A stretch of 64,000 nt of DNA from the NCBI GenBank assembly GCA_028534125.1, contig CM052817.1, positions 104,782,001 to 104,846,000 of the forward strand. Reading direction: 5' to 3'. How positions within the stretch are numbered: position 1 is the first letter of the stretch; each line of letters starts with the position of its first letter. Source of the stretch: Lama glama. Its lineage: Eukaryota. Made by a program: the position numbers and the translations under genes. Positions 1 to 12,308 of this stretch are shown in pieces. Under the pieces are notes generated by a model. It ran no database searches. It had not been told where the DNA came from and worked only from the letters and a program-made list of their open reading frames with translations.

Positions 1-1051
1 AAAGAATATAGAAAAATTCAGGCCATTTGCTCTTGTGATCAGTTGTATAACAAGTCAGTGGTAGAAATGGAATTTTGTCTTTTTGCCTTTTTCTCAGTAA
101 CCATATCAGTATTTTAAAAAAAGAATTCTTACATAATTTTGCAGTTAATGAAAATTTCAGTTAAAGTGAAACAATTTTATAAAAATTATCTTAACATAGC
201 GATTAAAAATCTTTCTATGATTCTCAAGTCATTACATTTACTAGTTTTTGAATTACCTTACAGTATTAAATAATATACATAAGTAAGTCAGGCAGTTCTG
301 TGATTTCATAGCGAGAGTCAAGCATTTATTGGACTTGATGTGTGTAGAAAAAATTTAGGTCATAATGTTTATTTTCAAGGGAGAAAACTGAACTGTATGA
401 TACACATGGAGTAACGCTTTTCAAAGAAGCTGTTTTGACTAACACATCCTAACAGAATAACGGAATTCTCAGCCTGGTGGGAACAAAGCTTAATGCATCA
501 ACATGAGCACATGCTCCTGCTGTGCGTGCTTGTTGCACACTGTTTTGAAAGCTTAAAAGTGTATAACATTATTTGGACCAAATTACAAAAAAGGAAAATA
601 CAGTAGTACACTAGGTGGTGATGGTAGCTGTCTGGATTTGGCCATGTGGTCATGTTACTCTCTTGAATCCTAGTTTCTTATCTTTCTATAAACTGAGGGT
701 TTGGATTAGGTGATTTTTAATTCTTGTGTAACTTGACTCTGAGAAGCAGGTTAGGGAGGAGAGAAGATGGAGAATGAATTCTGTTAGTGCTCACTGTCAC
801 TGTCAGCCCCTGGCATCATCTTTCTTCCAGAAGCAGATCTAACACAGAAATGGGTGACCTATGATCTGTTACTTACATGTATGTTCAGAACTGAGAAGTG
901 CTAACTCTTGAAATTACTTGGGATATGGTTGAAAATCTTTGAATGAATTTTAATAATCTGAACTAATATGTTTTATTTTCCAAGTGGCCATAGCATTATC
1001 TGTGTAATGTGACAGTATATTCTTGTTTGTGGCTTTAATTTCCAAAGAACC

Positions 1052-1057
1052 TGTGTG

Positions 1058-1092
<35 letters not shown>

Positions 1093-1096
1093 GTGT
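1052..1096. repeat. (TG)n microsatellite, one interruption
   Basis: Direct reading; explains the THTHT ORF at 950-1135. Confidence 0.95.
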
Positions 1097-1244
1097 CTTT
1101 GCTGTAATAGACTGGTTGTTTGACATTTGTGGCACTTACAGGAATTGGAGGTTATGCTAGACCAGTGGGAGAATGCTTTTGCCTTTTGAGAAAAAAATTG
1201 TAAAAATTACTGGAATCTCTCTCATTCTTACTTCGTCTGTTCAG

Positions 1245-1286
1245 AAGAAAGTGCTTTTGTGAAGTCTCTAACTTTTTCATGTATCA
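1245..1286 (+). CDS. Candidate 42-bp internal exon (phase 1-1), xESAFVKSLTFSCI, gene unidentified
   Basis: Strong acceptor tctctctcattcttacttcgtctgttcag and donor TCA|gtaagt; frame-compatible with 1983-2029. Confidence 0.4.
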
Positions 1287-1460
1287 GTAAGTAATTAGTG
1301 CTTTGTAGGAGAGAATTTCTAGAGTGAGAAAGAAGACTAATTTCTTCTAAAGCAGGAGTTAAGTGACTAAATGTGATTATTCATTTTTGGCTAAACATTG
1401 CTTGAGAAAATGTACACAGCTTGACCTCTCTGATTCCTTAATTGGTTCTTTTTTCTTTGA

Positions 1461-1712
1461 CTTTTTTTTATTGAGTTATAGTCATTTTACAATGTTGTGT
1501 CAAATTCCAGTGTAGAGCACAATTTTTCAGTTATACATGAACATACATATATTCATTGTCACATTCTTTTTCACTGTGAGCTATCACAAGATCTTGTATA
1601 TATTTCCCTGTGCTATACAGTATAATCTTGTTTATCTATTCTGCATACATCTGTCAGTATCTACAAATTTTGAAATCCCAGTCTGTCCCTTTGCACCCCC
1701 CCATCCCCTTGG
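1461..1712 (-). mobile_element. LINE-1 3' end fragment (young lineage-specific family)
   Basis: T-tract followed by L1 3'UTR; same family as 21520-21710 in the opposite orientation. Confidence 0.85.
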
Positions 1713-1982
1713 TGGTTATTTCAGTTTTCTGTGACACTTTATACTTTAATGTTTTTTCCTAGAATTATAACTCTTGTGTTAAATAAAAATATGTAGAATT
1801 TATTTCCCTGTGCTACTTGGTCATAAATGGACTTTGTTTATCCACAAGTAAGTTACTGAGATATATTTCCCTCCTTAAATTTCATTTTAAATTATATTGG
1901 GATTAAAGCCTATATTCTCACTTAAATTCTATATTATCTTCTGATTAAATCTTTAAATAATTTGTTTTGTTTCATTTTTCAG

Positions 1983-2029
1983 TAATAATTGAATCTGTGA
2001 CTAACATTCCTCCAGTTAACGAGGAGACG
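1983..2029 (+). CDS. Candidate 47-bp internal exon (phase 1-0), (I)IIESVTNIPPVNEET, gene unidentified
   Basis: Acceptor tttgttttgtttcatttttcag, donor ACG|gtaatt, CpGs retained in AT-rich context. Confidence 0.45.
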
Positions 2030-2078
2030 GTAATTTTTAAAAGTGATCGACAGGCAGCAGGAAAGGTTTGTAAAAAAA

Positions 2079-2578
2079 NNNNNNNNNNNNNNNNNNNNNN
2101 NNNNNNNNNNNNNNNNNNNNNNNNNNNNNNNNNNNNNNNNNNNNNNNNNNNNNNNNNNNNNNNNNNNNNNNNNNNNNNNNNNNNNNNNNNNNNNNNNNNN
2201 NNNNNNNNNNNNNNNNNNNNNNNNNNNNNNNNNNNNNNNNNNNNNNNNNNNNNNNNNNNNNNNNNNNNNNNNNNNNNNNNNNNNNNNNNNNNNNNNNNNN
2301 NNNNNNNNNNNNNNNNNNNNNNNNNNNNNNNNNNNNNNNNNNNNNNNNNNNNNNNNNNNNNNNNNNNNNNNNNNNNNNNNNNNNNNNNNNNNNNNNNNNN
2401 NNNNNNNNNNNNNNNNNNNNNNNNNNNNNNNNNNNNNNNNNNNNNNNNNNNNNNNNNNNNNNNNNNNNNNNNNNNNNNNNNNNNNNNNNNNNNNNNNNNN
2501 NNNNNNNNNNNNNNNNNNNNNNNNNNNNNNNNNNNNNNNNNNNNNNNNNNNNNNNNNNNNNNNNNNNNNNNNNNNNNN
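2079..2578. other. Assembly gap (500 N)
   Basis: N run. Confidence 1.
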
Positions 2579-3022
2579 TTTTTTTCCAGCTTTATTAAAA
2601 TATAATTGACATATAACATCTTGTAAGTTTAAGGTGTACAACGTGGTGATTTGATACATTTATATACTAGGAAAAGATGACCAGCACAGTATTAGTTAAC
2701 ACCTCCATCCCAATGTATAATTATCCTTTCTTTTTTGTGGTGAGAACGATTAAGACCTGCTCTCTTAGTACGTTCAAGCACAGTAGTAGTTCCTTGGTAT
2801 CCTTGGGGGGTTTGTCCAGGACCCTCACGGATACAAAAATCCACAGATGCTCAAGTTCTTATATAACATGGTATTTGCATATAACCTACGTACCACCTCC
2901 CATATACTTTAATCATCTCTAGGTTACTTTTAATGCCTAATAACAATGTAAATGTTATGCAAATGGCTGCTGGTGTGTGACAAATCCAAGTTTTGCTTTT
3001 TGGAAATTTCTGGGATTTTATT

Positions 3023-3069
<47 letters not shown>

Positions 3070-3735
3070 TTTTAGTATTTTCTGTCTGAGGTTGGTTGAA
3101 GACTCGGATGTGGGACCCGTGGCTGTGGAGGGCCAACTGTATACAATAGACTATTATTAGTTATAATCATAATGTGCATAAGATCTCCAGAACCCATTAA
3201 TCCTGCAAGTTTGTACCCGGTGACCAATATCTCCCTATTTCCCCCAACACACCAAGCCCTGGTAACCACTACTCTGCTGTCTGTTTCTCTAAGTGTGACT
3301 TTTTTCGATTCCACATATAAGTGAGAACATACAGCATTTGTCTTTCTCTGTCTGATTTATTTCACTTAGCATAGTGCCCACAAGTTCCAATCATACTGTC
3401 ACAAAGAGCAGGCTTTCTTTCTTTTTCATGGCTGAGTGGTATTCCACCACATCTTCTTTATCTAGTTGTCCTTTGATGGATACTACGGTTTCCTACATAT
3501 CTTGTAAATAATGCTGCAATGAACATGAGAGTGCAGGATATCTCTCTGAGACCCTGATTTCAGTTCTTTCAGATATATGCCCAGGAGTGGGATTGCTGAA
3601 TTATATGGTGGTTCTAGTTTTAGTTTTTTGAAGAACCTCCATGCTGTTTTCCATAGTGGCTGCACCAAATTACATTCCCACCCATAGTGAACAAGGGTTC
3701 CCTTTTCTCCACACCCTCATCAACACTTGTGATCT
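2579..3735 (-). mobile_element. LINE-1 3' region (L1MA/MB-like), interrupted by MER2
   Basis: L1 3'UTR motifs; ORF2 C-terminal remnant [31 protein letters not shown]. Confidence 0.9.
2781..3139. mobile_element. MER2-like TcMar-Tigger non-autonomous DNA transposon containing a (TTTA)n tract (~3017-3072)
   Basis: Ends cagtag...ccttggtatcc and ggagggccaactg|ta; MER2 internal motifs. Confidence 0.8.
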
Positions 3736-4199
3736 CTATAAGCAAGTATATTTTATTTCACTTAACTCTAAGAGTCATTTTATATTTTATCAGCATAAAA
3801 TTTTTCTAATAATAAACTGAAGATGCTGTCCAGCATGTTTATTGTCTTAAGAAATGACCATTTCCAACACAATTTTACAGCAATTATACAAGACTATCTT
3901 TTGAAGTCTAGATACAGTATGAGAGAGAATATTCATATTAATTGTTCAAATATTAAATAGCTCACAGTTTTTGTTAAGCATCGTCACAATAGGTTCAAAA
4001 AAGCATGCATTTCAGCTTTTGATGATTTTCCCTTTGTCTTCCAATTTTCACTTCATAATATTTATCAAGTGTTTAAAATTATATGCAGGCATCAAGTTAA
4101 ATGCCAATTTTTTAGATATCATCTCACTTAAGACTTATAATAATGCTATTATATAAGAGCTATTATTATCTGAATTATTCCATGGAATAACCCTCTCCT

Positions 4200-4611
4200 C
4201 ACCGTGATTAACTCATCAAGGTTCTCAGGGACAGCAAACTGCAGAGCTGAGGTTTGCATTGAGCCCTGCCTTAGTCCAGAGCCCAGGGCCCCCATCAGCA
4301 CCAACTGCCTCTTAAATTTTTTTTCAATGCACAACAGCACATACCAGGAACAGTCATATGAAAGAGAATGAAGGATTCCTACACTAAGAAATTTCCAACA
4401 ACCAGCCACACCTTCTCCCCTTTTTAGTATATATAAAAGGAGCCTGAATTCTGACTTGGGGAAGATGGTTCTCCAGGACATTAGCCCCCCTCCCCCATCT
4501 TCTCAGTCTGCTGGCTTTTCAAACAAAGTCGTTATTCCTTGCCCCAACAAGTTGTATGTCGATTTATTGTCCTGTCACGCAGCCAGCAGAATAACTCTGA
4601 ACTCGGTAACA
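4200..4611 (+). mobile_element. ERV1-type solo LTR, family A (5' boundary approximate; U3 differs from other copies)
   Basis: 3' half similar to 7300-7568 and 62100-62386; TATA tatataaaagg; ends ctcggtaaca. Confidence 0.75.
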
Positions 4612-4919
4612 ATTCCGTTTGATCATGCATAAAGATTTTCTGGAAGGAGACCCAAGCTTTCAATAATGGCTACCTCTGTAGAGAGGAATTCTTTCTGTAG
4701 AAAGGAATTCAGGGACTTAAAAAAAAATAAACATCTTTGTATGTCTATGTTTTGTTATATTCAGTGGAACTAAGAATAAAAAGAAATCACAAATATGAAA
4801 TACAGCAGAAACTGTCCAAAATTAACTATTTTTATGAACATCTCTATAGTAGCATCTATTTTTTTTTTCACTAAGTAGGTCTATTCACTATTTTTAAAAG
4901 CCCTTTTTATAAAATGCTG

Positions 4920-5710
4920 GGTGCCTCCAAGATGGCGTTAACAGAAACTGCGGTCTTAGCCGCGAGTTCATCTACACACGTGTCCAAGGAGCGAATGCAA
5001 TCGCCAGGGAGCGCATCCCCTGGACAGCTGAGGCAGAGCGGCTGCGCCAGGCAGGCAGAAGAGAGACCCCAGATCTGCACCAAGCTGACCATCTAGTTAG
5101 AAGCAAGCGTCTAAGCAACAGTCGGAAGAGCCCAAGTCAGCGCGCTGCCCACTCACACTCTGACAATTGCAGCTCGCCTGGCGCAGCGGAAGTGCGGCAG
5201 CGCCGCGGCTGCGGCTCCAATCCCGGAACTCACGACCAAGGCTCCAGTGAACTGGGATGCTGAGTAAGCGGGAAAACGTAAACTTCCTGGGAGCTTTGGG
5301 TCATTCCGAAAGGCGGGGGCCCGGCCTGGCGGCTTCGGTCTTTCGACGCTGAAGGAGAAGAGAAGCCGGGATGAGTTCCTCGCCTTCTCTCCCCGCTCCC
5401 GGCCTCACCTGCGGGGGGGGACGCACCGGGAGGGGCGGTCGGGGCGGAGAGGCTGCTTCTCGTCTCCTTCGTGGTTCGTCCTCTGCAGATGAAAGCGGGA
5501 GAACCCGAGTTGGAAGCCACCGCCGCCACAGGAAACAGCCTGCAGGAGTTTCCTCCAAAGGACGGCGCAGAGATCAGCGCTGCGCAGCCCAGGTGTCCTG
5601 CAGGTGCGGCGCCCGGAAGGAGTCCAGCGTCTCCCTGAAGCTGCCAAGAGAGCACGTGCTCTAATAACGAGAAGTACAGACAGACGCTCCCTGAGAATAG
5701 GGCCGCGTTT
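4920..5710. promoter_or_regulatory. CpG-island promoter / first-exon region
   Basis: High GC and CpG; YY1 CAAGATGGCG 4928-4937; ETS CGGAAGTG 5187-5194; GC boxes 5432-5447; E-boxes CACGTG 4977 and 5653; minus-strand 5' splice sites at 5151, 5228 and 5403. Confidence 0.85.
5413..5444 (+). other. G-quadruplex consensus motif
   Basis: G8-acgcacc-G3-a-G4-cggtc-G4. Confidence 0.6.
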
Positions 5711-6258
5711 TGTTTTCATCTTTCAGCTTCATTCGGTAGAATTGTTACAGTTTGACTGCACATATACAACATATTGCAGGGAAATACATATAAACTGTAT
5801 GCTGCACGTATTTTTTTTAAGTTTGCATATGTGTACTGATCACTGTTTCTAAGAATGTTTAGAGCTTTAGCTTTTTAAACTTACATAGTTATCAAAGGAA
5901 TAAAGCCAACCACAAAGTAAGAATCAACAGAATGTGGTGATCCAGTCATAAAGGACAGTCAGATGTGCTTGTGACACCAATTTTTATTCAAGTGTTTTGT
6001 TAACTTCAAGGCTTCTCCTGTCAGATGCTACAGCTGACTGTTGAATGTTTAGACTGACTTGACTTAGTGAGGGTTTAGGTCTGAAACACAGAGAAGGCCT
6101 GCTTATCCTTTTCTGAGACCAGTCATCACAGTAAAGATAACAGGCCTTGCTCATCTCCGGGGACTGGGACCCATGTGCCTGTGTTAACCGAGGGGCATCC
6201 TTGTACCCACATTCCCCAAATTATAAATTCTTCCTCAGCAAAATGTCTTGAAAGCCAG

Positions 6259-6779
6259 TGTTCTTGAGTCCAAACTCATTCTGCTTACCACACGACAGAC
6301 CAGTAAATTGGAAGACAATGTGTTGCGGTAAGGAATAGTGACTTTTTATTGGGAAAGCCGGCAGACCGAGAAGATGGGGGACTAATGTCCTGGAGAATCA
6401 TCTTCCCCAAGTCAGAATTCAGGCTCCTTTTATACTAAAAATGGGAGGGGGCATGGTTGATTGTTGCAAACTTCTCGCTGTAGGAATCCTTTGTTCTTGT
6501 AGCTGTCCATGTGGGTCAGGTCATGGTGTCCCTGGAAACCTTCAACAAAACGCATGTTATTCTCTGTTCTGCAAACTTTTATCTCTATATGAATGGGAAA
6601 GTGTTAACCCTTAAAGATCAGAGCCTTGAGGATGGGCTGTCTTGTCTATGTCAGGCTCTAGGCAACATTCTTTTACAAAAGGTGCAGAACCAGCATGACT
6701 GAGCCCAGGAAACAGAGCGCAGGGTGAGAACTAAAGGAACAGATCTAATACGGAGTCAGATTTGTTCTTCTCTATTACA
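6259..6779 (-). mobile_element. ERV1-type solo LTR, family A, full length
   Basis: TG...CA termini; reverse-complement similarity to 61786-62386, direct similarity to 12309-12810. Confidence 0.9.
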
Positions 6780-6823
6780 CGGCACTACTGAATGACTCAG
6801 GAAAACTCAACTTCAGGCTCCTC

Positions 6824-7675
6824 TGTATTAATCTGCTCAGGCTGCTGGAACCAAATACCAGATTGCATGGCTTAAACAACAGACTTTGATGTTCTCATGG
6901 TTCCAGAGTCAGGAAGGCCAAGATCAGGGTGCTGGCAAATTTGACAAATTTGGTGTGTGATGAGCCTCTCTTCCTGGCTAGTTACCACCTGGCCGTGTCC
7001 TCACATGCTTTCCTCTGTGCACAGTGGGGAGAGAGCGGGGTCTCTGATATCTCTCCCTCTTACTGGGTCACCAGTCCTATTGGGTCAGGGCCCCATACGA
7101 TAATAGGGAAGAACAAATCCGACTCCATCTTGGATCTGTTTCTTTCACTTTAGCCTGTGTATCCTATCACTTTTGCTACAAGTTAAGAATGTTGCCTAGA
7201 GCCTGAAATAGACAGGAGAACCCCCTTCTCAAGGCTCTGACATTTAAAGGTGTAACACTTTCCCATTCATAGAGAGATAAAAGGTTGCAGAACAGAGAAC
7301 ATTTGTCTTGTTGGAGGTTTACAGGAACATCCTAACCTGACCTACATGGACAGCTGTAAGAATAAAGAAGTTTGCAACACCCTCTCCCCTTTTAGAATGA
7401 AAAACCCTGAATGCTAACTCATGAAAGATGGCTCTTTGGGACATTGGTCCACCATCTTCTCAGTCTTCTGGCTTTCCAAATAAAGTCACTCTTCCTTTTC
7501 CCAACAACTCTTTTCTTGATTTATTGGCCTGTTGTGCAGCAAGCAGTATGAGCTTGGACTTGGAAACAACATGACCTCATCTACCTTTACTTACTTACTT
7601 AAAGGTCCTATCTCCATAGATAGTCGTGTTGGGGGTTAGGGCTTCAATATATGAAATTCTGTTCAGCCCATGACC
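6824..7675 (-). mobile_element. MaLR MLT1-type LTR interrupted by a family A LTR
   Basis: tgtatta...ggcttaaacaacaga...ttagggcttcaatatatgaa...cagcccatgac; flanks tcctc/tcccc. Confidence 0.85.
7098..7568 (+). mobile_element. ERV1-type solo LTR, family A variant, nested in MLT1
   Basis: taatagggaagaacaaatccgactccat start; AATAAA; gagcttggacttggaaaca end. Confidence 0.85.
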
Positions 7676-8749
7676 TCCCCCATCTTGCTGCTGACACTGT
7701 ACCAAATTTATTTTGATGGGGCTTATGCCCATATAGCTACAGGTGGCTTGTGGAGCTGCCTTCTACTAGTGTTCTCTCTTTCCTTCATTTCTCTCTCCCT
7801 TTCCTCCCCACAGTCCCGGTAAAAGGATTTTCTTTATATAATCTCCTCTGACTTTCTGTCCTCCGCTTTCTGACTGTAGCTAAATGTAATAACAGAGAGC
7901 ACTTCCTTCTCTACAATATAAAAATGTCTGTGAGCTAAGTTCTTCAGAATTCATGGTTGATCTGCTAGTGAGAAGAAAACAAAAATTTTTTAAACGTCCT
8001 TTCTAGTCTGTCAGTGAAGTTATTGTCTTACTGCTTAATCTTCTTCTGGAATAATAAATTTAAGCCAACTTAGGTAATACATTTATGTGATTCACTTTAT
8101 ATGTGTGATTAAAAAAAAAGAAACAATCACAAAAAGAAATAAAACACTTTATATGTGTACAAAGTAAAGTAGAACTTGCAATACAAGTTATTCTATTGAC
8201 TTCAATAAGAAATGAAATGTTTTTCATTTAGATTCTCGAGCTCCCTGTATTAGGTAAGTGATGGCAGCTACCAGAATGCACTGATCCAGGAAACTGTTAA
8301 ACCAAAATGAGCAAGTTGAATGAGCTACAGAAAAACTCTTAAGCTGAAGTGCTGGTTTTCTTGTTGTATAATTAGCTTTGATTGCCTGCCGGTAAGGCTT
8401 AGAGATGATTAAAAGAAAAAGGAGGTAAGTGTCATTGGGACACTTAACACATCTTGTCAACAAATCATTGAAACTCACTAAAATCACAAGATCTACTGTT
8501 CAGATGGACCCAGGAGATGGAAATCATTTCCTTCCTCTGAAGTTCTGACTAGAGATCCAGAAGTGACTAATGTTCCTGAAATTTGAGTTCAGGCACCAGT
8601 TTTCACATTTTGTGAGCTCTCTATGCTGTAGGACTTTCTAGTTATTGGCATGCTTCCCCCTCAGTGATCCTTTAACAGAGAAGAAATTCCTTAAGATGGT
8701 TCCTTGTCATTTCTGGTTCCAAAGCCAAAAGCATAAGAAGAAACCATAC

Positions 8750-9060
8750 ATGTTCCTTTATTTATTCCAAAAATATTTATTGCATAACCACATGCCAGGT
8801 ACTGCCTTCTGTTCTGGAAACACACAATGACTAAGCCACAAACTATACTCTTAAGGATCTCAAGCAGGGAGAGTGCGGGGAGGAATAAATGGTTTCCATT
8901 CAGTGAGATGGGTGCCTTAGTAGAAATAATGATGAGGCACATTGAGGCAATAAAGGGAAGGCACCAAAGGGGTGCAGGGAAGGCACCAAAGAGGAAGTGA
9001 CACATGTGCTGTGTCTTGATGGATGACTAGGAGTTTGCCAGGTTGACAGAGAGGAAGTAG
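8750..9060 (-). mobile_element. L2 3' fragment
   Basis: ttattccaaaaatatttattg...atgccaggtactg and ggatgactaggagtttgccagg motifs. Confidence 0.55.
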
Positions 9061-10717
9061 CACTCAAAATAGCCTGCAACCTGTGCTAAGACCGAGCATA
9101 TGAAAAAGCCTGGCTATGAAATCCCATCTTTATTTGAGTTACATTCTGCTTAACTCTAGGCAAAATCAGAATAATTGTATCTCTGATAAGTTGTAAAGTA
9201 GTTGCCAAAGATTTGGAGCCAGTAGCACATTTATAGTCTTTGGGAGTGAAGTTCATCCTTAAACTCAGAATGAAGTTCAGTTGCATTTAAATATTTTGCA
9301 ACATGTTTTCAAAACGTCAAAGATATAAGCAGTTAAATGACGCTAATGCATCAAGCAGGAGAGGGGTTTACAGACTTAATGTTTTTTGCAGCACTCACTT
9401 TACTCTGCCCAGAGAGAGAGAATTTCCGGGAGGCGCGTCCTGGTGTGATGCAGGGTGGCTGCTCTTCTTGTGTTTTTGTCTTCGGCGGCTGTGGGCGGAG
9501 GACCTCTCTGCTCTGTCCTTCCCCAGGAGCTGCTGCTCTCACGTATAAATACATCCAAGACATTCTGCTTCTTTCTCCAGTAGTGAGATGGCTTTATAAT
9601 TAGAAATACATGTTAATCGAGAAATGCTGTCCTCTCCTTTATATCTTATGTGGCTGGGTTAGGCAATTCACTGACAAACTCAGTGCTCTGTCCATGTTTT
9701 TCTCACCTAATAGCCTTACGTGATGGCCAGGTCTTCCTAAGATGCAGATTTGGGTGGGGATGGGGGCAATGTGGGAAAAGGTAATGCTTAGTCAAAGCCA
9801 CTCGGCCTCTGCCCGAAACCTGCCTTTGGGGTCACCGGTCACTGACTCCGCAGTCACTAAGTGGTACTCTGTTCTCCGTTGGGCGTTCTTTCTTTTTATA
9901 GTGCTACCTTGGGAAACTCGTGGGAAGAAGGGAGAGGGAGGAGTGGTTGGCAGATTTGGGGCATTTTTATATTTTTGGATATAATACCACCAAAAATCTA
10001 TCAAAAATACGCTCTGAATCCCAAACTTTCTGGCATGGTCTCAGATGGCTGAAAGGTGAATTAATGCAATGAGCTTTAGGAACCAAATTGCATCTAGAGA
10101 GGTCAGAGCAATGCGGGGTCAGCACAGGGTGGACCGTGTTTCAGGCAACCAGGAGAAGACATTCACTCTGGGGCTAGGAAAGTATATCTGGGTTCGCTGA
10201 GGTTTGGGGAAATAAGAACTCATATACCGCTGTGGGTATGTTACTTTATATAATCCTTTAGTGAGTAATTAGCTATTAAAATTGAATACACAAAGCCATT
10301 AAACCAGAAATTCCAGTCTGAGGAATCTGTCCTCAAATGTACCTGCACAAGCAGTTAAATATTTATGGAGGAAGATCTTCATTGCAACTCTGTTTGTAAA
10401 ACTGGAAATAACCCAGATATTCATAATAAGCTGGTTAAAAATGGCATAATAATGTATGGTACACTGTACAATAGAATATCAGACATATATTGAAAAGAAT
10501 GATATTTATGTGGTCATACTTACTATGCAGAAATTCATTACTAAATTAAAAGAAGCAAGGTACAAAACACTTATAACATGTTCCTATTTATGTAAAAACA
10601 AAAATATATGTATGCTTCCATAGCCATACAATTCCGGGAAAAATGCCCCTCCTGGACACACACTACTGTTACTAGTAGATAAACTTGAGGAATGTATGAA
10701 GCGCATGTGTATGTATT

Positions 10718-11090
10718 GTTTTAATTGAAGTGTAGTTGATTTACCACATTAGTTTCAGGTGTACAGCAAAACAATTAAGTTATACATATACATACATATA
10801 CATGTATATATTTAGATTCTTTTCCATTATATGTTATTACAAGAAATTGATACAGTTCCCTGTGCTGTATAGTAGGTCCTTGTTGTTTATTTTATATATA
10901 GTAACGTGCATCTGTTAACCACAGACTCCTAATTTATCCCTCCCCTTTCCTCTTTGGTAACCATAATTTGTTTTCTATGTCCATGAGTCTATTTTTGGAT
11001 TATAAATAAGATTTGTATCATTTAAAAAAATTCCACATATAAGTGACATCATGTGATATTTGTCTTTCTCTGTCTGACTTACTTCATATG
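10718..11090 (-). mobile_element. LINE-1 3' end fragment within an older L1ME-like stretch (~10250-10700)
   Basis: Similar to 35590-36150 and 46540-46930. Confidence 0.85.
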
Positions 11091-12308
11091 CATTTTTAAA
11101 AATTTAAGTGCTTGCATTACATTTATGATAAAATAGTTTTAAGAGCCCATAAAGTAGGATGGAAATAAAAATTATAGCATAATATTTAACATTATATTAA
11201 ACAAATTGTACAGATTTGGTTAACTACTCTCCCTTGAGTAAATTTCTTCACTTGTCTTCTGTGACCTCACTCCTAAGTGATGTATTTTTCCCCAAAGCCC
11301 CTGGTCGTTCCTGATTCTTCTGTTGCTGTCTTCTGTTCTGCTGTCTTCTAAAGATTTGTGTTGGACCTGTACTCCTCTCAGTGTACACATTTCCCTCCAG
11401 AAACACTTACCCACCCCACCCCAACCATGGCGTCATTACCATCTCTATGCTGATCACTCACAGAGCTGTTTCTTAGCACAAACTCCTTTCCTGAGTCAGA
11501 TCAAGAAATTTAGTTACCTCCCCAAATAATATACCTCACAATCAACATGCACAAAAGTATCCTCTTACCCTCAAACAATCCCATCCTTCTCCAGTGTTTC
11601 CCTTCTGAGTGAACGTCATCAGTCAGACTCCCAGGAGACACCAGACCAGTCTGGGTGCTCATCCAGGGAATGTGGGCATCTCAGCAGGTGTGCAGTGGGA
11701 GGGCAGACAGGAAAGATGCGCTTGGTGAGGTGACTGTGGAGGTGGTTCATAGAAGTTGGCATGGCTCTGGATTGGGTGTGTTCATGAGGGCACATCTCTA
11801 ACTGGGTGCCTTGATACTTTGTATCCACCCAGCAGGATGGATGGAGCTGGCAGGCAGGTGCTGTGCTTGGTAGAGGAGCAGCAGTCACTCAGTTGGTTTG
11901 CTGGAAGGAGGTGATGCTCTGTCATTTCTTTGGTTCCATGGTGTTTTCACTCTGTCTGTGCTTAGTCACGATTGCAGTCCAGATTCTGTCTTGTAGTATA
12001 ACGATCACAGAGTGAACTCACTGACGCTGAGGTTCTGTGCAGTGTTTATGTTCAGCAGGAGAACACCATGACCAGCTACATGGCAACACTAACAAGGCTG
12101 CTGATTTTTTTCTTCCAAACTCAGATCTATTTGCCCAAGACAGACAGCTGGGCGGCAGGTGGCAAGTGGTCTTGATTGTCAGAAATTGCTCTAAAATCCA
12201 TCATCTTCTCCTTCTCCCCACTTCCTACACACCATCGCTCACTTTTTCTACTGTGTTAGAATTGTAACTGGTCTCAATGCCTTCATTTGGTTCCTTCCTT
12301 GATGATTT

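Noticed and set aside
1967..2659. Long ORFs of about 180-226 aa here and at 20422-21125 and 38101-38751
   Set aside because: They only span N gaps
4907..5852. Overlapping Arg/Gly/Pro-rich ORFs in the CpG island
   Set aside because: Expected from stop-codon scarcity in GC-rich DNA; no recognisable protein
5710..5975. AT-rich block resembling a retrocopied 3'UTR on the minus strand
   Set aside because: No TSD, clean poly(A) or identifiable parent; needs BLASTN
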